A DNA stretch of 55,939 nt from a virus (lineage: Duplodnaviria > Caudoviricetes), in the IMG/VR virus record IMGVR_UViG_3300032282_004797, positions 1 through 55,939 of that record; one strand, written 5' to 3'. The stretch's first letter is position 1; the number at the start of each line of letters is the position of its first letter. Positions 51,103 through 55,939 of the stretch are shown here, one piece after another. The notes under the pieces were generated by a model. That model was not told the origin of the DNA, made no database searches, and saw only the letters and a program-made list of their open reading frames with translations. The position numbers and the translations under genes were made by a program.

Positions 51103-52354
51103 CGAATACAATAACACTGAAATCTTAGCAAAAGATTACAAACAGCCATCAAACTCATTTATTATACATTTTGTGAATGGTGCTTTATGTGAAATTAAAG
51201 GCCCGATATCAAAAAAATACAAGGTTGTTTTTTCTGATAATAAAACTGGGCATGTTCATCACGTATCTGAAATCACAAATAATATGTGGACTAAAAGTGC
51301 TATTGAATATTTTGTTGAATGGAATATTAAAGTGTATGAATTAGAAACTGATGAGTTAGTTTTTGAACACACATACGATTGTAAAGACAAACGAGTTTAT
51401 ATTCACCTAGATAGCTCAGCTGTTGGTGATACAATGGCTTGGTTCCCTTATGCTGATGAGTTTAGAAAAAAACACGGTTGTAAGGTATTGTGTTCAACAT
51501 TCCATAACGAATGGTTTGAGCAAATGTACCCAGAAATTGAATTTGTTAAACCTGGTACACCTGTAATCGATTTATATGCGATGTATAAAATTGGTTGGTT
51601 CTATGATAACAAAGAAGTTGTTAAATCTAAAATACCAATTGACTTTAAACAACACCCTTTACAAGAAAGTAGCTCATGTATTTTAGGACTTGATTATACA
51701 GAAGTTAAACCAAAGGTGTTTGTACCTGATGAACCAAGTAGAATTGAGGGTAAATATGTTATTATCGCACCACATGCATCAGCGCATGCTAAATATTGGA
51801 ATCATCCAGGTGGGTGGCAAGGTGTTATTGATCATTTGAATAATAATGGTTATAAAGTTGTTATGATTACGTCAGAAAAATTGGGTGATGCTTGGCATGA
51901 TTCAAAACTTGGTGGTACATTAAGAAATGTTATTGATAAAACTGGTGGGGAGATTGATCTTGTTGACCGAATGATTGACATTAAACACGCATCAGCCTTT
52001 ATTGGGCTTGGTAGTGGATTAAGTTGGTTATCTTGGGCAATTGGGACACCTACGGTTCTTATTTCAGGTTTTAGTTATCCTTTATCCGAGTTTGCTGATT
52101 GTGAAAGAATTTTTAATCCAGATGTTTGTAACGGATGTTTTAATAGACATTGGTTAAATCCAGGTGATTGGGAATGGTGCCCAGATCACAAAGACACCCC
52201 AAGACATTTTGAATGTTCTAAAACCATTAAAACCCAAACAGTTATAGACGCTGTTGATAGACTTTTAAGTAAAAAAGAAGAGGTTATTCAAGAGGTGACT
52301 GAAGAAGTTTCAGAAAAAAAAGAGAAGAAAAGTTTTTTTGGTAAGTTTTTTTAG
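51083..52354 (+). CDS. Aah/TibC-type (BAHT) protein O-heptosyltransferase
   Basis: N-terminal beta module, then SSAVGDTMAWFPYADEF, FIGLGSGLSWLSW, LISGFS and a four-Cys finger CNGC...WCP...EC. Confidence 0.85.
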   Translation: MKDILINEYNNTEILAKDYKQPSNSFIIHFVNGALCEIKGPISKKYKVVFSDNKTGHVHHVSEITNNMWTKSAIEYFVEWNIKVYELETDELVFEHTYDCKDKRVYIHLDSSAVGDTMAWFPYADEFRKKHGCKVLCSTFHNEWFEQMYPEIEFVKPGTPVIDLYAMYKIGWFYDNKEVVKSKIPIDFKQHPLQESSSCILGLDYTEVKPKVFVPDEPSRIEGKYVIIAPHASAHAKYWNHPGGWQGVIDHLNNNGYKVVMITSEKLGDAWHDSKLGGTLRNVIDKTGGEIDLVDRMIDIKHASAFIGLGSGLSWLSWAIGTPTVLISGFSYPLSEFADCERIFNPDVCNGCFNRHWLNPGDWEWCPDHKDTPRHFECSKTIKTQTVIDAVDRLLSKKEEVIQEVTEEVSEKKEKKSFFGKFF

Positions 52355-52390
52355 GTATATTTGTTGCTATAATGTAAAATAGTAACAAAT

Positions 52391-52966
52391 ATGTTTTATA
52401 AATATGATGAAAAACAACTCAAATTTGTTAAGAACAAATTGGGTATGAGAATAGCACTGGGAACCACCATTTTATTGATGGTTGGTTCTTTTTTTATTGG
52501 TAGGTATACAAGTGGTACATTAACTAAATATGAAAGAGATTATATCCATATTAATTGGGCAAAAGAACGTAACACGATTAATAAGGAAAAATTAGCTAAA
52601 GAGTTAAAAGAATGCGGTATTAAGTTTCCACATATTATAATGGCGCAAGCTATTATCGAATCTGCACATTTTACAAGTTGGCTTTATAAGAAAAATAATA
52701 ACCTATTTGGTATGATGATACCAGGTTCAAGAAACACCACAAATATTTCCACTAATGGTAAATACGCTAAATATGATACGTGGCAAAGATGTGTACTTGA
52801 TATGGGTTATTTACAACAATATAATTTAAAAGGTGTTAGATTGAATAATGATGAAGATTATTTTATATATTTAAAAAATAGTAATTACGCTGAAGCACCA
52901 GACTATATACAAGTTTTAAAGAAAACAATACAAACAGAAAATTTAAAATCATATTTTAATGAGTAA
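52391..52966 (+). CDS. GH73 glucosaminidase-like peptidoglycan hydrolase with N-terminal membrane anchor
   Basis: TM helix IALGTTILLMVGSFFIG. AQAIIES, NNLFGM, YAEAPDY. TATATTTG at 52356-52363. Confidence 0.75.
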   Translation: MFYKYDEKQLKFVKNKLGMRIALGTTILLMVGSFFIGRYTSGTLTKYERDYIHINWAKERNTINKEKLAKELKECGIKFPHIIMAQAIIESAHFTSWLYKKNNNLFGMMIPGSRNTTNISTNGKYAKYDTWQRCVLDMGYLQQYNLKGVRLNNDEDYFIYLKNSNYAEAPDYIQVLKKTIQTENLKSYFNE

Positions 52967-53792
52967 AGAAAAATTAGTGGATATTTTATCCACCCCGACT
53001 TATTGTGGGCAAGAACAATATCTTATAGCAAAAATAACAAGGTATCTTAATGAGAGTAATTTAGATTACGTTATTGATGAGCACGGTAATATCTATGTAA
53101 CAAAAGGTGTTGCTGATTATTACCCTTGTGTTGTCGCACATACCGATTCAGTTCATAGAATTGTTGAAATGGATATTCTTGAACGTGAGGATGATGAAGA
53201 CATTTTATATGCTGTTGAGAAAGGTACCAAAAAAAGAACTGGTTGTGGTGGAGATAATAAGGCGGGTGTATACGTTTGCCTGGAATTACTTGAACGTGCT
53301 GAAGTACTTAAAGCAGCTTTTTTTGTTTCAGAAGAATATGGTTGTTTTGGTTCAATACTTTCAGATGAAACGTTCTTTGAAAACGTTGGTTACGCACTCC
53401 AATTTGATGCCCCAGAAAATGATTGGGTAACACACTACTGTAATGGTGTTAAATTATTTGATGAAGAGGGTGATTTTTATAAAACAATTCAACCAATCTT
53501 AGAGGATTACATGGGTGATTACTCTTTGGGTAGACATCCATACACAGATGTTAGTATTCTTGGTGCATTTCATGACTTTTCTTGTATCAACTATTCGGTT
53601 GGTTATTACAACATGCATTCAAATATGGAATATGTTAGTGTTGGTTATGCACAACAAGCCAGAAATATCGCTTTAGAGATCATTTCTTCTCTTGGTAATA
53701 TAAAGTATCCATTTATTGATGAAAATGTCAGAATAGACAAAGAAAAGGCCAAAACAAGGGCTTTAAAATCACTTAATGGATTACGAAAATAA
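52959..53792 (+). CDS. M20/M28/M42-clan metallopeptidase
   Basis: AHTDSV, GGDNKAG, SEEYG, QFD, HSNME. Confidence 0.8.
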   Translation: MSKEKLVDILSTPTYCGQEQYLIAKITRYLNESNLDYVIDEHGNIYVTKGVADYYPCVVAHTDSVHRIVEMDILEREDDEDILYAVEKGTKKRTGCGGDNKAGVYVCLELLERAEVLKAAFFVSEEYGCFGSILSDETFFENVGYALQFDAPENDWVTHYCNGVKLFDEEGDFYKTIQPILEDYMGDYSLGRHPYTDVSILGAFHDFSCINYSVGYYNMHSNMEYVSVGYAQQARNIALEIISSLGNIKYPFIDENVRIDKEKAKTRALKSLNGLRK

Positions 53793-53815
53793 AAAAGGGG
53801 CGCTAGGCCCCTTTT
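53791..53815. terminator. bidirectional terminator
   Basis: AAAAGGGGC-GCTAG-GCCCCTTTT between convergent genes. Confidence 0.75.
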
Positions 53816-53816
53816 C

Positions 53817-55939
53817 TTATTTCTTTAGACTCTGAATTTCTTTGTCTAAGTCTTTTATTGCTTCGATAAGTAGACCAACCAAGTTTGCGTAAGCAACACT
53901 TAAGTGTCCGTTGTCTTCTCTTACAGAGATTACCTCTGGGATTACTTTTTGAACCTCTTGTGCAATCACACCCATTTGTAATGATTTGTCTTCAGTATCT
54001 TTTCTCGTGTAGTTAACACCTCTCATACTTCTTACTTTATTCAAGGCATCGCTAATTGTCACGATATTTTCTTTAACTCTCTCATCCGAGTAAGCTGTAA
54101 CGTTACCAGAAGCATAGATATCACCACCAACATCCAATGTGAATGAAGGAGAGGCGTTATTGATACCCAATCTAGTGTTGGTCATATCAGCTTTCAAGAA
54201 GCTAACGCTTTGTACAGTTGCTGTACCAGTTGTTCTAACTAAGTAGTCAGGTTGGTTTGTGAATGAACCACCACTGATACCTGATGTACCACTAATTGAT
54301 TGTCCACTTGTACCAGCAGCACCTGTAGTACCACTTGTACCAGGAGCACCTGTCGTACCGTTTGTACCAGCAACACCTGATGAACCCGATGTTTTACTTG
54401 AACCACCTAAACCGCTCGTACCATCAGTACCAGAAGTACCAGAAGAACCAGAGTTACCAGCCACACCCGCAGTACCGTTTGTACCTCTTAAACCAGAAGT
54501 ACCACTCGTACCACTCGTACCACTTGAACCGTTAGCACCTGATGTACCGTTAGCACCAACACCCGATGTACCAGCACCTGAAGTACCTGATGTACCGTTA
54601 GCACCTGATGTACCATTAGCACCGTTAACACCTGAGTTACCAGCGGCACCTGAAGTACCATTAGAACCGTTTATAGCTGATGTACCTGAATTACCGTTAG
54701 CACCATTGTTACCGTTGTTACCTGAAGTACCGTTTGTACCTGTTGATCCTGATAGACCAGAGTTACCTGAGTTACCGTTGTTACCTGAAGTACCGTTTGT
54801 ACCTGTTGATCCTGATAGACCAGAGTTACCTGAGTTACCATTGTTACCAACGGTACCAGCAGTACCTGAAGTAGCTGAAGTCCCAGAAGAACCAGAGTTT
54901 GCACTCAATCCTGATGTACCAGCGTTACCTGTTGTACCGTTTGTACCTGATGTTGCAGATGAACCACTTAATTGAGATAATCCTGAGTTACCAGCAGCCC
55001 CTGAAGTACCATTCGTACCATTTGAACCTGAAGTTCCTGATAAACCTGAGTTACCGTTACCACCAACAGCACCATTTGTACCAGTAGAACCGTTAGTTCC
55101 ACTTACACCTGAAACACCACCAAGACCAACACCACCAGCATTACCCGAAGTACCAGTAGAACCGTTAGTTCCACTTACACCTGAATTACCACTTGCACCA
55201 TTGTTACCATTATTACCTGAAGTACCATTTGTACCAGTTGATCCAGATGAACCACTTAATGCTGAAGTACCTATGTTACCAGCAGCACCATTTGTACCAT
55301 TCGTACCTGAAGATCCTGATGTACCTGATACATTACTTGTACCAGAAGGAACAGGTAAACCGTTTGTACCACCAGTACCTGAAGATCCAGATGTACCACT
55401 TACAGCTGAGTTACCGTTACCACCCGCATTACCATTATTACCTGTTGTACCATTTGAACCTGAAGTTCCTGATAAACCTGAGTTACCGTTTCCACCATTA
55501 TTACCGTTTGTACCTGTTGATCCTGAAGTTCCTGAAGAACCTGAGTTATTACTAGCACCATTGTTACCAACAGTACCAATAGTACCTGAAGTTGCGGATG
55601 AACCTGAGGTTCCTGAAGAACCTGCTATTCTAGAGATACCATCAGTACCCGCAGTACCTGTTGTTCCAGAAGAACCTGAAGAACCTGAGTTAGCGGATAA
55701 ACCGTTTGTACCAGCATTACCTGTTGTACCACCAGTTCCTGAAGAACCAGAAGAACCACTTAACGCTGAAGCTCCGATGTTACCAGCGTTACCTGACGTA
55801 CCATTAGAACCTGAAGAACCTGAAGAACCTGATAATCTACTAGCACCATCTAAACCAGCGGTACCTGTTGTACCACTTGAACCAGCTGTACCTGAAGATT
55901 TACTTAAGTTAGAAGCACCATCTGTACCAGCAGAACCGC
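53817..55939 (-). CDS. tail fibre-like protein, 5'-truncated: long Gly-X-Y S/T/N repeat plus C-terminal peptidase S74 intramolecular chaperone
   Basis: I read the frame from 54908 to the window edge and found no stop codon, so the protein is >700 aa. C-terminus has GINNASPSFTLDVGG, YSDERVKENI, GVIAQEV, LLIEAIKDL. Confidence 0.85.
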   Translation of the reverse strand, partial: GSAGTDGASNLSKSSGTAGSSGTTGTAGLDGASRLSGSSGSSGSNGTSGNAGNIGASALSGSSGSSGTGGTTGNAGTNGLSANSGSSGSSGTTGTAGTDGISRIAGSSGTSGSSATSGTIGTVGNNGASNNSGSSGTSGSTGTNGNNGGNGNSGLSGTSGSNGTTGNNGNAGGNGNSAVSGTSGSSGTGGTNGLPVPSGTSNVSGTSGSSGTNGTNGAAGNIGTSALSGSSGSTGTNGTSGNNGNNGASGNSGVSGTNGSTGTSGNAGGVGLGGVSGVSGTNGSTGTNGAVGGNGNSGLSGTSGSNGTNGTSGAAGNSGLSQLSGSSATSGTNGTTGNAGTSGLSANSGSSGTSATSGTAGTVGNNGNSGNSGLSGSTGTNGTSGNNGNSGNSGLSGSTGTNGTSGNNGNNGANGNSGTSAINGSNGTSGAAGNSGVNGANGTSGANGTSGTSGAGTSGVGANGTSGANGSSGTSGTSGTSGLRGTNGTAGVAGNSGSSGTSGTDGTSGLGGSSKTSGSSGVAGTNGTTGAPGTSGTTGAAGTSGQSISGTSGISGGSFTNQPDYLVRTTGTATVQSVSFLKADMTNTRLGINNASPSFTLDVGGDIYASGNVTAYSDERVKENIVTISDALNKVRSMRGVNYTRKDTEDKSLQMGVIAQEVQKVIPEVISVREDNGHLSVAYANLVGLLIEAIKDLDKEIQSLKK
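54708..54839 (-). repeat. 63-bp perfect tandem duplication within the fibre repeat
   Basis: 54708-54770 equals 54771-54833 and encodes the 21-aa unit NNGNSGNSGLSGSTGTNGTSG. Confidence 0.9.

Noticed and set aside
54259-55555. Plus-strand Pro/Val-rich and Tyr/His-rich ORFs, and the short alternative minus-frame ORF
   Set aside because: Shadows of the Gly-X-Y fibre repeat on the minus strand.
1-55939. Alternative genetic code (stop-codon recoding as in some large phages)
   Set aside because: Core genes are full length in the standard code, and TAG (polymerase, PhoH) and TGA (sigma) act as stops.
1-55939. tRNA, rRNA, integrase, transposase or reverse transcriptase/DGR
   Set aside because: No cloverleaf or relevant protein motifs recognised, and intergenic gaps are short. 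A tRNAscan run would be needed to be certain.

Overview
AT-rich, densely coding fragment of a large T4-like tailed phage (myovirus-type). The host is probably Bacteroidota: TTTG-N19/20-TAnnTTTG promoters, A-rich translation starts without obvious Shine-Dalgarno sequences, and a DUF4494-like gene. The window holds neck/tail-terminator genes, an SNF2 helicase, a family B DNA polymerase, a gp55-like late sigma factor, baseplate-like genes and the head module (terminase, portal, prohead protease, scaffold, major capsid). It also holds two sugar-modification clusters and the 3' part of a Gly-X-Y Ser/Thr-rich fibre gene that runs off the right edge. Two candidate new systems stand out. (1) The DNA polymerase carries an ~130-aa macrodomain-like (DarG-like) insert inside its proofreading domain, suggesting a replicase with a built-in ADP-ribose eraser or reader. 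(2) A phage-encoded protein-glycosylation pathway (Aah/TibC-type O-heptosyltransferase, heptose kinase, many glycosyltransferases, methyl- and carbamoyltransferases) lies close to nearly proline-free Gly-Ser/Thr collagen-like virion proteins that are plausible substrates. A sense-strand TATTTAT motif marks late genes. All family calls come from motif recognition by eye, not database searches.
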